From positions 1 to 44,437 of the forward strand of contig CALXSB010000015.1 of assembly GCA_944391005.1 (NCBI GenBank): 44,437 nucleotides of DNA, written 5' to 3'. Origin of the DNA: an uncultured Rickettsiales bacterium. GTDB lineage: Bacteria > Pseudomonadota > Alphaproteobacteria > Rickettsiales > UBA1997. The translations under genes and the position numbers were made by a program. Of the stretch, positions 17,400 through 25,839 are shown in pieces. Position 1 is the first letter of the stretch; each line of letters starts with the position of its first letter. The notes under the pieces are model-generated. The model saw only the letters and a program-made list of their open reading frames with translations. It had not been told where the DNA came from and did no database searches.

Positions 17400-18974
17400 A
17401 TGCATTATATATTATTGGCTGTCGCTTTAAACTTAGGAAAAGAAAATATTAGTGTTATGAAACTTGATAATATAAAGAAAGTTTCAACTATTTCTGATTT
17501 AGCTTCAAATAATACTGATTCTTCTGCTGCATCTTTTCCTGACAGTGTTTATACTGTAAACGAAACATTGCTAAGTGATGAAGATTTTTCTCAACCATAT
17601 GTTGGCGGCAATGATTTTGCTGAATTATTACCTGAAGACGAATTTGGCAATGTTATAAAAGAGGATGAAGAGCAAGGACCGAAATTTTTAGATGCAATAA
17701 AAAATAGATTAGTAAAGACTGTTGAAAATCAAGAGCCTCAAGTTGTTGTTGGCAGTCAAGTTGAAGGACCCGCATTTTTTAATAATATGAAAAACCTTGT
17801 TGTTTCTGAAAATAAGGAAGAACATACTGTATCTTTAGATAATGCTGTAAATAGACATTCTATTAAGGAGAGTGATGTAATAGTTTCTTCGGAGGATTCT
17901 GGACCTAGTTTTTTTGAAAATATTAAAAATAGATTATTCGGCACCACAAAAAAAGAGGAAGATAAGGCCGCTGAGGTTGTAATGCCATCTATTGAACAAT
18001 CTAATATTGTTGGTGAGAGCGTAAACAAGCCAAGTATATTGGATACAATTAAAGATAAAACTTCAAAAGTTGCTGAAAAAATTACTGGAAAGATAGAAGA
18101 TTTAACTATTGATTATGATAGCAAAGACATTGGGAAAGAGGTTAATGATGAAGAGGAAAAAGTGAAAATTGTCGGCACATTATTTGATAGTGAATTAAAT
18201 AATGCATTAAAGGATGAAAATAAAATAAGATCACAGGAAATTGCAGATCAAAGGAAATATTCGGAAATTGGTAATTTAGAATATAATGAGGATGAAGATT
18301 ATCAAAAATTTTTAGAAGATAAAGAAATAAAAAAACTTGTTGAGCCAGAAAAAATTATCGTGCCAAATATTGTTCCAAAGGAGAAAAAGATTATATCCTA
18401 TAGAAATACTGATATTCCTGAAGAATTGCTAGCAAGTAGAAGTTTTCAAAATAGGCATATTCCTAAAATTATGCTGAATCAGGATAGAGAGGATATTCTA
18501 GAAAAAATTATAGAATATGGAATGATAACTGAATTTAGAGCGTTTATGAACGATCTAAGGGATGCAAATTTAACTTTATCTAGTCAATATACTTTATTAA
18601 CCTATGCTACAAAATATAAACAATATGAAATAATGAAATATTTAATTCATATAGGTGCCGATGTTAATAAAAGAGATGACAGATTGGATACACCAGTAAT
18701 AGTTGCTGTTAAAAATAATGATATGGAAGCTTTAAAGATTTTAACTGAAGCAAATGCAAATTTAGATACTCTTGATATAATAAGGAGAACACCGCTAATT
18801 TATTGTATAGAAAAAGGACAGGAAGATATGGGAGTCTATCTAATAGACAATGGTGCTGATGTTAATATAACAAATGGTGTTGGTGAAGGAACTTTGTCTA
18901 TGTCAATGCGTCTAGGAAGAAATGTTATAAAGGATAGAATTTTGAGAGCATTAAGGAATAATAATGAAAAATAA
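17400..18974 (+). CDS. Ankyrin-repeat protein with long acidic N-terminal region carrying short repeats
   Basis: About 4 C-terminal ankyrin repeats (YLIHIGADVNK, TPVIVAVKNND, TPLIYCIEKG, YLIDNGADVN). Confidence 0.85.
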   Translation: MHYILLAVALNLGKENISVMKLDNIKKVSTISDLASNNTDSSAASFPDSVYTVNETLLSDEDFSQPYVGGNDFAELLPEDEFGNVIKEDEEQGPKFLDAIKNRLVKTVENQEPQVVVGSQVEGPAFFNNMKNLVVSENKEEHTVSLDNAVNRHSIKESDVIVSSEDSGPSFFENIKNRLFGTTKKEEDKAAEVVMPSIEQSNIVGESVNKPSILDTIKDKTSKVAEKITGKIEDLTIDYDSKDIGKEVNDEEEKVKIVGTLFDSELNNALKDENKIRSQEIADQRKYSEIGNLEYNEDEDYQKFLEDKEIKKLVEPEKIIVPNIVPKEKKIISYRNTDIPEELLASRSFQNRHIPKIMLNQDREDILEKIIEYGMITEFRAFMNDLRDANLTLSSQYTLLTYATKYKQYEIMKYLIHIGADVNKRDDRLDTPVIVAVKNNDMEALKILTEANANLDTLDIIRRTPLIYCIEKGQEDMGVYLIDNGADVNITNGVGEGTLSMSMRLGRNVIKDRILRALRNNNEK

Positions 18975-19842
18975 TCTTCATTTTTTGAGACAAAAAGCTA
19001 TTGATTTTATACATTCAAAATGGGCTAGTGATTGTATTGGTGATAACGAACTTGATATAGATACAGATAATTTTGAAAAAATAGCTAAAAATATATTTCA
19101 AAACATAACTAAAGATAAAAAACAATCAAGGCATCCATTTATTTTTAGAGTTGGCGGACAGTCTGGATCTGGAAAAACAACCCAACTTATGCCATCCATA
19201 AAAAATGTTATAGATACAAATAAATGTGATTTTATATGTATTGCTGTTAGAACATTTTCAAGATTTCATCCCTATTATGAAAAGCTTTTGCATGAGTTTG
19301 GGGATGGAATGATTAGAGAAAAAACTAATGGCTTTGCCCTAATGATGCTTTTTAGAGTTGTAGAAGAATTGATAAAGAATAAATATAATATTCTTTTGGA
19401 AATAACAATTTTAGATTATTATTTTGAAAAATATTTGTCGGAGTTAGCAAAACGTAATCGTTATAATATTCACTTTCATATTTTATCAGTGCCTAAAGAA
19501 AAAAGTGATTATTGGATAGAAAAAAGAAAAAAGTTAAGTAAAACTGAGGGAAATAGAATTGTATTAAAATCTAGTTCTGACTATTTTTATGATGTTTTAC
19601 CAATTACATTACGAAAATTAATTAATTTTACTTTCTGGAATAAAAATGATAAGATATTTTTATGGAATGCTTTTGATTTAGAACCGGTGTTTTTTTCCAA
19701 AATTTATAATGCTAAAAATTTTATTAAATTATTTGATAAATATAGAAATATAGCAAATTTTAATGAAATAAATGAAGAAGAGCTTTTAAATGCAAAAATA
19801 AAATGGTTTAGTGGATACTATGCAGGAATACAAAATAAATAA
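18964..19842 (+). CDS. Second zeta-toxin-family P-loop protein (degenerate at the usual acidic motif)
   Basis: GGQSGSGKTT, ...RFHPYY, YNILLEIT, R......GNR.V. Overlaps both the ankyrin gene and tsaE. Confidence 0.72.
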   Translation: MKNNLHFLRQKAIDFIHSKWASDCIGDNELDIDTDNFEKIAKNIFQNITKDKKQSRHPFIFRVGGQSGSGKTTQLMPSIKNVIDTNKCDFICIAVRTFSRFHPYYEKLLHEFGDGMIREKTNGFALMMLFRVVEELIKNKYNILLEITILDYYFEKYLSELAKRNRYNIHFHILSVPKEKSDYWIEKRKKLSKTEGNRIVLKSSSDYFYDVLPITLRKLINFTFWNKNDKIFLWNAFDLEPVFFSKIYNAKNFIKLFDKYRNIANFNEINEEELLNAKIKWFSGYYAGIQNK

Positions 19843-20257
19843 CTTAAATGATACAAAAAAATTAGCAGAAAAGATAGCTGATAATTTAAATATTGGACAA
19901 GTAATAACTTTAGAAGGAACTTTGGGATCAGGCAAAACATATTTTTCTGGATGCCTAATAAATCATATTTTAAAAAAATATAATTTAAAAGAAGAACAGG
20001 TTGTTAGTCCAACATTTAATATAGTTAAAGAATATCAAACACCAGAATTTTCAATATATCATTTTGATTTATATAGGTTAAAAAATCAAAATGAATTATA
20101 TGAACTTGATATTGAAAATGCGTTTGAAAATGGTATTTCAATAATTGAATGGCCTGAAGTTGCAAGAAGTATTATCTACAATGTTGTATTGGAAATATCA
20201 ATTGAAATTACTGGAAAAGACAGTAGAATATTTAGAGTAAAGAATATTAATAATTAA
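19820..20257 (+). CDS. tsaE: tRNA threonylcarbamoyladenosine biosynthesis ATPase (likely start ATG 19820)
   Basis: L.G.LGSGKT, SPTF, YHFDLYRL, IIEWPE. Confidence 0.95.
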   Translation: MQEYKINNLNDTKKLAEKIADNLNIGQVITLEGTLGSGKTYFSGCLINHILKKYNLKEEQVVSPTFNIVKEYQTPEFSIYHFDLYRLKNQNELYELDIENAFENGISIIEWPEVARSIIYNVVLEISIEITGKDSRIFRVKNINN

Positions 20258-20277
20258 TTTTATTTATTGTGAAGGTG

Positions 20278-20337
20278 ATAAAATAAAGCTATATTCAATA
20301 AATTGATATAATATTAATTGAATCGGCTTTATTTTAT
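20278..20337. terminator. Long imperfect inverted repeat between convergent tsaE and pheS
   Basis: ataaaataaagc...attcaat / attgaat...gctttattttat. Confidence 0.55.
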
Positions 20338-20342
20338 ATTGC

Positions 20343-21395
20343 TTATTTTTCATAAAATTTAAATGAATAGTGCTTTAAAAATCTTAAATCACCTTCATAT
20401 AAATATCTCATATCTGATATACCATACTTTAACATAGCTAGTCTTTCAATGCCAGCTCCAAAGGCAAATCCTTGATAATGGCTTGGATCAAGTTTAACAT
20501 TTTTGATAACATTCGGATGAACCATACCTGCACCTAAAATTTCACACCAATCATCACCTTCACCAAATTTTATTATTTTTCCACCTTCTTTTGTGCATTT
20601 TATATCAACTTCAATACTAGGAGCTGTAAATGGAAAATAGCTTGGTCTAAATCTTAAAGGAACTTCATCGAGTTCAAAAAATCTTTTGCAAAATTCTAGC
20701 AACGTTGATTTTAAATTAGCCATTGTTATGCCAATATCAACATATAATCCCTCTATTTGATGAAACATTGGCAAGTGTGTAGCATCGTAATCTCTTCTGT
20801 ATACTTTACCTATTGTTATAACTTTAAATGGTGGCTTTCCACTTTCCATGGCTCTTATTTGAACACTTGATGTTTGCGTTCTTAAGACAAATTTTTTACC
20901 ATTTTCGCCATCCGGCATATAAAACGTGTCCTGCATTTGTCTTGCTGGGTGGTTCTGTGGTATATTTAGTGCTTCAAAGTTATGCCAATCATCTTCTATT
21001 TCGGCACCTTCAGCTATTGAAAAACCCATTGATTGAAAAATATTTTGCAATTCTCTTTTTACTTTTGATATTGGATGTATCAGTCCTTCTTCGGACTCTC
21101 TTCCAGGAATTGTTGCATCAAGATACTCATCTTTTAGAGCTTGTTTTATTTTTTTATCTTCAAATTCTTTTTCTAAAGTAGATATTTTATTTTCTGCAAT
21201 TTTTTTTAATTCATTTACTTTAGAACCAAATGTTTTTTTCTCTTCTAAAGATAAATCTTTTAAATTTTGCATTAAAGCAGTTATAGAGCCATTCTTACTA
21301 AGAAATTCATTTCTTATTTCTTTTAATTCCTGCGAATCTTTGACATTTGATATTTTTTTATCAAATTCTGTCTTTATTTTATTTAACTTTTCCAT
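20343..21395 (-). CDS. pheS: Phenylalanyl-tRNA synthetase alpha subunit
   Basis: HPARQMQDTF, LRTQTS, THLPMFHQIEG, FRPSYFPFT, GFAFG.GIERLAM. Confidence 0.97.
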   Translation of the reverse strand: MEKLNKIKTEFDKKISNVKDSQELKEIRNEFLSKNGSITALMQNLKDLSLEEKKTFGSKVNELKKIAENKISTLEKEFEDKKIKQALKDEYLDATIPGRESEEGLIHPISKVKRELQNIFQSMGFSIAEGAEIEDDWHNFEALNIPQNHPARQMQDTFYMPDGENGKKFVLRTQTSSVQIRAMESGKPPFKVITIGKVYRRDYDATHLPMFHQIEGLYVDIGITMANLKSTLLEFCKRFFELDEVPLRFRPSYFPFTAPSIEVDIKCTKEGGKIIKFGEGDDWCEILGAGMVHPNVIKNVKLDPSHYQGFAFGAGIERLAMLKYGISDMRYLYEGDLRFLKHYSFKFYEK

Positions 21396-21478
21396 ATATC
21401 AAATATTTACCAAATATATAATTAATTTAATACACTATTGATTTAAATTGTCAATATTTTACTATTTTATAAAAATAT

Positions 21479-23134
21479 TTATATTTCTCTAATTTTATTT
21501 CTTATATAATCAACAATATCTGTAATAACTTTCGGATTATTTTTATCTGCAGCGCCTCCCATAGCAAACCATGGTTGTCCGCCGCCGCCATTACCGCCGG
21601 CTATTTCAACTAATTTTTTAATTATTTCATTTGCTTTAATCTTATCATTTAAATCTCTTGAAACACCCAAAATTATTGTTAATTTTCCATCAAATTTAGT
21701 AATGCACATTAATATTGATTTGTCATTATATTTTTTATTTTGAAAATCAATGAATGTTCCCTTGACATCTTTAGGGTTTGCGTCCTTTAAAAGAGTATAG
21801 GCAAACATTACGCCATCATTTTCTTCTGTGAATGTCATACTAGCTATTTTAGACTTTTTCATATTGTCCAATTGTTTTTTAAAGCTTTTATATTCTTCAC
21901 TGACTGTTTTAATTTTATCAACTAATGAATTAGTATCTATTTGCAAAATATCATTAATTTCATAAACAATATCTTGAAATTTATTCATATATTTAATAGC
22001 TTCCAAACCTGTTAAAGCTTCAATTCTTCTGACGCCAGATGAAACAGACTCTTCGCTGACAATTTTAAATAAACCTATTTCTCCAGTTTTAAAAACATGA
22101 GTTCCGCCGCATAATTCAACAGAACAAACAGATTTTAGAGACGAATTGTTCAAATCATTAAGACCTTCATTAACTGCTTCTATTGAATTTTTGTCAATAT
22201 TTTGTTTATCTTTTTTAATATCATCATAAGACTTTTCACCCATGAATAAGACTCTAACTTCATCTTCATATTTTTCATTAAATAAAGCCATTGCACCACA
22301 TTTTTTAGCCTCTTCAATTGGCATTATTCTAGTTTCTACGGCTGTGTTTTTAAAAATTAATTCGTTTACTGTATTTTCAATTTCTCTTATTTGTTCTTTA
22401 GTTATTGGCTTATTTAGAGTAAAATCAAATCTTAATCTAAACTCATCAACAGCAGATCCCTTTTGAACCAATGTTTCACCAAACATTTTTCTCAAAGCAT
22501 ACTGCAGCAAATGCGTTGCCGAATGGTTCGCCCTTATTTTATTTCTTCTTTCAGTATTTATTGATAGATTAAGAAAATCGCCAACCTTCAAGCTTCCGCT
22601 TTCAAGGCTTGCCTTATGCAAAAAGTAGTTTGAAAATGGTCTTTTAGTATCTAAAATTTCAACCGTTGAAAAAGGCAAAGGTATAACACCATTTTCATTT
22701 ATTTGAATAGCAAGTCCAGTATCTCCAACTTGTCCCCCACATTCACCATAAAATGGAGTTGTATCAACAAAAAACTCAAACTTGTCGCCAGCTTTAACTT
22801 TGTTAACTTCTTTCCCATCTTTAATTATGGCAAGAATTTTTCCCATTGCCGTATTTTTTTCATATCCAACGAATTTTGTTGGTGCGATTTTCTCTTTTAT
22901 ATCAAAATAAATTTTGCTATTTCTTACATCGCCGCTGCCGGACCAATTTTCTTTTGCTCTTCTTTTTTGTTCTGCCATAGCTTCTTCAAACTCTTTAACA
23001 TTTACTTCAATTCCTTTTTCTTTAAGAATTGATTGGGTTAAATCAAGTGGAAATCCATAGGTATCATACAATGTAAAAGCTACCTTTCCACTAAACAATG
23101 GTTTGTTTGAACTATTTTTTAAATTTTTATTCAT
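21479..23134 (-). CDS. alaS: Alanyl-tRNA synthetase, C-terminal part (second tRNA-recognition helix, editing domain, C-Ala)
   Basis: AF.LYDTYGFPLDLT, TPFYGE.GGQVGD, NHSATHLL, LRFDF, ELCGGTHV, GVRRIEA, GG.GGG. Has its own SD (GAGGG) 5 nt before the ATG. Confidence 0.93.
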   Translation of the reverse strand: MNKNLKNSSNKPLFSGKVAFTLYDTYGFPLDLTQSILKEKGIEVNVKEFEEAMAEQKRRAKENWSGSGDVRNSKIYFDIKEKIAPTKFVGYEKNTAMGKILAIIKDGKEVNKVKAGDKFEFFVDTTPFYGECGGQVGDTGLAIQINENGVIPLPFSTVEILDTKRPFSNYFLHKASLESGSLKVGDFLNLSINTERRNKIRANHSATHLLQYALRKMFGETLVQKGSAVDEFRLRFDFTLNKPITKEQIREIENTVNELIFKNTAVETRIMPIEEAKKCGAMALFNEKYEDEVRVLFMGEKSYDDIKKDKQNIDKNSIEAVNEGLNDLNNSSLKSVCSVELCGGTHVFKTGEIGLFKIVSEESVSSGVRRIEALTGLEAIKYMNKFQDIVYEINDILQIDTNSLVDKIKTVSEEYKSFKKQLDNMKKSKIASMTFTEENDGVMFAYTLLKDANPKDVKGTFIDFQNKKYNDKSILMCITKFDGKLTIILGVSRDLNDKIKANEIIKKLVEIAGGNGGGGQPWFAMGGAADKNNPKVITDIVDYIRNKIREI

Positions 23135-23148
23135 TTTTGCCCTCTTTT

Positions 23149-23694
23149 TTATTCTCTAAAATTATCATTAAACATACTATAACAAACTAAATCCTTATAT
23201 TTTCCTTCTTTAAACGCTTCTTTTTTCCTAATATATTCAAGTTTAAAATTATTTTTTTCAGCAACTTTTCTAGAGCCAATATTATCTTCCAAAGCTTGAA
23301 TTATTATTTTCATAATATTTATTTCGTTAAAAGCGAAATTGCATAGCAATTTAGTTGCTTCAGTAGCTATTCCTCTACCCCAATAATCCTCACCAAGCCA
23401 ATAGCCTATTTCAGCTATATGTTTCGCTGATATTCTTTTATTTCGCATTAAAGAAATACAGCCAACAGCTTCACCATCAACATCTATAATAAAATTAATA
23501 TCAGCGTCTTTGTCTGTTTTTTCCTTATCAAACATTTCAATAAAATTTTCATAATCCTTGTCCGTATAGGGAAATTCAAGGGAAATTTTATTTAAAATTT
23601 TTTTGTTATTTATATTCCCAATAACACTTTCCTTGTCCTCAATCGGTCTTAAATCCCTTAAAATAAATTTGCTTCCAATTATTTCTTTTTTCAT
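23149..23694 (-). CDS. GNAT N-acetyltransferase, RimJ/RimL family (likely start ATG 23694)
   Basis: AEIGYWL...YWGRGIATEA, N..SRKVAEKN.F. Confidence 0.9.
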   Translation of the reverse strand: MKKEIIGSKFILRDLRPIEDKESVIGNINNKKILNKISLEFPYTDKDYENFIEMFDKEKTDKDADINFIIDVDGEAVGCISLMRNKRISAKHIAEIGYWLGEDYWGRGIATEATKLLCNFAFNEINIMKIIIQALEDNIGSRKVAEKNNFKLEYIRKKEAFKEGKYKDLVCYSMFNDNFRE

Positions 23695-23695
23695 T

Positions 23696-23989
23696 TTATT
23701 TATATTCAACCTTTTTTAAATCATTCTTTATTGCATTAAAAAATTCTTTTGAAATTCTATTAATCTCAACTATATCAACATCTATTGGTATAATGCTCTC
23801 CTCAAAATCGCTTCTTAATTCAGCCATATCAACACCGTTTAAATCACCATCTATTGCTAAGTCTAAATCAGAATATTGTTTAAAATTTCCAACACTCCTT
23901 GACCCAAAAACATAAACATTTTGACCTTTTAAGTGTTTTTGCAGTATTTCTTTTACAATTTTTAAATATTTTTCTTCTAATCCAAACAT
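23696..23989 (-). CDS. Minimal nucleotidyltransferase (MNT, HI0073-like antitoxin)
   Basis: VYVFGSR..G....SDLDLAI (GS-x10-DxD) and VDIV; 97 aa. Confidence 0.92.
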   Translation of the reverse strand: MFGLEEKYLKIVKEILQKHLKGQNVYVFGSRSVGNFKQYSDLDLAIDGDLNGVDMAELRSDFEESIIPIDVDIVEINRISKEFFNAIKNDLKKVEYK

Positions 23990-24378
23990 TTTTCTTTTAA
24001 AATATTTAATAAAAATTCAGCATCATACAAAAACCCATCAACTACGCTTATAACCTGAGAAGCCTTTTCTTCGTCATATGTATGACTAGTTATATTTCTC
24101 ATATCTCTATAATTTCGCCAATCCTCCAAATTTCCGCTTAACATTCCTTTAATATTTGCCTTTCTTATAATATCATTAAAGGACATCATATCAACTTCAC
24201 TTTTACTGCTTGATATAGTTTCCAAATATCTTTTGAGCATTTTAATTGATAACTCATAGGTATATTCAAATCTTTGAATAACAGAATCTCTAACAAAACT
24301 GTTGCTTTTATTTTTATTATACTCTGCAATAGCTTCTTTCAATGAATTAATAGCTTTCTCAAAAGATGTTAGTATCAT
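23977..24378 (-). CDS. HEPN-domain protein, HI0074-like nucleotidyltransferase substrate-binding family (likely start ATG 24378)
   Basis: RDSVIQRFEYTYEL and the R-x4-H motif RNITSHTYDE. Overlaps the MNT start by 13 nt. Confidence 0.92.
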   Translation of the reverse strand: MILTSFEKAINSLKEAIAEYNKNKSNSFVRDSVIQRFEYTYELSIKMLKRYLETISSSKSEVDMMSFNDIIRKANIKGMLSGNLEDWRNYRDMRNITSHTYDEEKASQVISVVDGFLYDAEFLLNILKEKCLD

Positions 24379-24401
24379 AATTATTTTACCAATATTATTT
24401 T

Positions 24402-24461
24402 CCCTCACCAAACGAACTACAAGCAAAGCTTTTGTTCATTTGTCTCCCCTCAAGTGGGGAG
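24402..24461. repeat. GC-rich REP-like palindromic element
   Basis: ccctcacc-[aaacgaac..aagc-aaa-gctt..gttcattt]-gt-[ctcccc-tcaagt-ggggag]: a nested hairpin plus an adjacent GC hairpin in AT-rich context. Confidence 0.6.
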
Positions 24462-24479
24462 CAATTTTTCGTTAAAACT

Positions 24480-24534
24480 TATTTTTAATTTTTAATTTCA
24501 TACAATTCTTAATTCTTTATTCTTCATTCTTAAT
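24480..24534 (-). repeat. Degenerate heptamer tandem repeat at the end of alaS-N
   Basis: Minus strand gATTAAG AATGAAG AATAAAG AATTAAG AATT...AATTAAA AATTAAA AATAA; four good units at 24504-24531. Confidence 0.75.
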
Positions 24535-25656
24535 CCCATTTTCTCTATAATATTTCTCAATCTCTTCATCAAGTATTCTCAACCCCTTATCAAGCGTTTG
24601 TCTAAACTTAATTTCTTCAGTTTCCATAGTTTCCATTATAAAATCTTCTCTCTCTTTAAGTTCCGTATAGTGTTCTCCCATTAAGTCTGTCAACCTTGGG
24701 ACGAGCCTAAACATTGATGGTTGATTTATGCCGAATTGATGTATATATAGCATAGCACGTCTTAGCAATCTCCTTAAAACGTATCCTCTTCCCTCATTTG
24801 ACGGCAAAACACCATCGGCAATTAAAAAAGATGTAGCCCTTAGATGATCAGCAATTACTCTATGCTGTAAAATAGCATCTTCATTACCAAAAAGTCCAAC
24901 AGAATTTCTAATTAAATCTTGAAATAGATCAATATCAAAGTTGTTATGTTTGCCCTGCACAACAGACGCTATTCTCTCAAGTCCCATTCCGGTATCAATA
25001 TTCTTTTTTTCAAGCGGAGTCATGCTTCCATCGGCATGTTTTAAAAATACCTCAAATACAACATTCCATATTTCAACATATCTATCTCCATCTTCATCGG
25101 GAGTTCCAGGCTTGCCTCCCCACACTTCAGGTCCGTAGTCATAAAATATTTCAGTGCAAGGACCAGCTGGTCCAACCTCACCCATTGACCAAAAGTTATC
25201 ATCAGTAGTAATTTTTATAATTCTATCATCCGGTAATTTTGCAATATCTTTCCATAGCTGATATGCCTCATCATCTGTATGATAAACCGTAGCCAATAAT
25301 TTTTCGGACGGCAAATTTAAATCATTAACTAAAAAATCCCATGACCACTTTATAGCATCTTTTTTAAAATAATCTCCAATTGAAAAATTGCCAAGCATTT
25401 CAAAAAATGTATGATGTCTTGCAGTTTTTCCAACATTTTCAATATCATTTGTTCTAATGCACTTTTGACAACTAGCCATTCTTTTTGATGGCGGAGTTTC
25501 AAGCCCTAAATAATAATTTTTTAAAGGAACCATGCCAGCAACAGTAAACATCAAGCTTGGATCGTTAGGAACTAACGATGATGATGGCAAAATCTTATGT
25601 TTTTTATCTGCAAAAAATTTTAAGTATTTTTCACGAATTTCATTTAAAGTTAACAT
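24517..25656 (-). CDS. alaS: Alanyl-tRNA synthetase, N-terminal catalytic part
   Basis: FTVAGMVPLK, QKCIR.ND, RHHTFFEMLGNFS, GP.GPCTEI, IDTGMGLER, IADHLR, PSNEGRGYVLRR; ends after F.QTLDKGL.IL. Confidence 0.95.
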   Translation of the reverse strand: MLTLNEIREKYLKFFADKKHKILPSSSLVPNDPSLMFTVAGMVPLKNYYLGLETPPSKRMASCQKCIRTNDIENVGKTARHHTFFEMLGNFSIGDYFKKDAIKWSWDFLVNDLNLPSEKLLATVYHTDDEAYQLWKDIAKLPDDRIIKITTDDNFWSMGEVGPAGPCTEIFYDYGPEVWGGKPGTPDEDGDRYVEIWNVVFEVFLKHADGSMTPLEKKNIDTGMGLERIASVVQGKHNNFDIDLFQDLIRNSVGLFGNEDAILQHRVIADHLRATSFLIADGVLPSNEGRGYVLRRLLRRAMLYIHQFGINQPSMFRLVPRLTDLMGEHYTELKEREDFIMETMETEEIKFRQTLDKGLRILDEEIEKYYRENGIKNEE

Positions 25657-25800
25657 TGATAAACTAATATTTCTTTTATACTATGTAAATACTACAATGT
25701 CAGATATAAAAATCAATTATTTATCTATAATTTTTATTTTTAATTATTATCTTAATATTTTAGAGTTTTGTTTTTTATAATTAATAATGTTTTTTGAGAT

Positions 25801-25831
25801 ATATACAATACTGTTGTATAGCATTGTATAT
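25801..25831 (-). terminator. Possible terminator after lpxA
   Basis: atatacaatactgt-tgt-atagcattgtatat, imperfect stem. Confidence 0.45.
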
Positions 25832-25839
25832 ATAAGATA

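Noticed and set aside
23149-23694. GNAT as an aminoacyl-tRNA-acetylating toxin (AtaT/TacT type)
   Set aside because: The motifs are RimJ/RimL-type and there is no adjacent RHH antitoxin.
24379-24426. 16-aa TTG-initiated N-terminal extension of the HEPN ORF
   Set aside because: It reads through the palindromic element. ATG 24378 gives the normal family length.
23110-24530. Precise DNA excision, intron or intein restoring a continuous alaS
   Set aside because: No recombinase, RT/maturase, group I core or intein termini were seen. The only junction similarity (GAATAAA.A.TTAA) is AT-rich, and recombining there would retain the TAA stop. alaS-C has its own SD.
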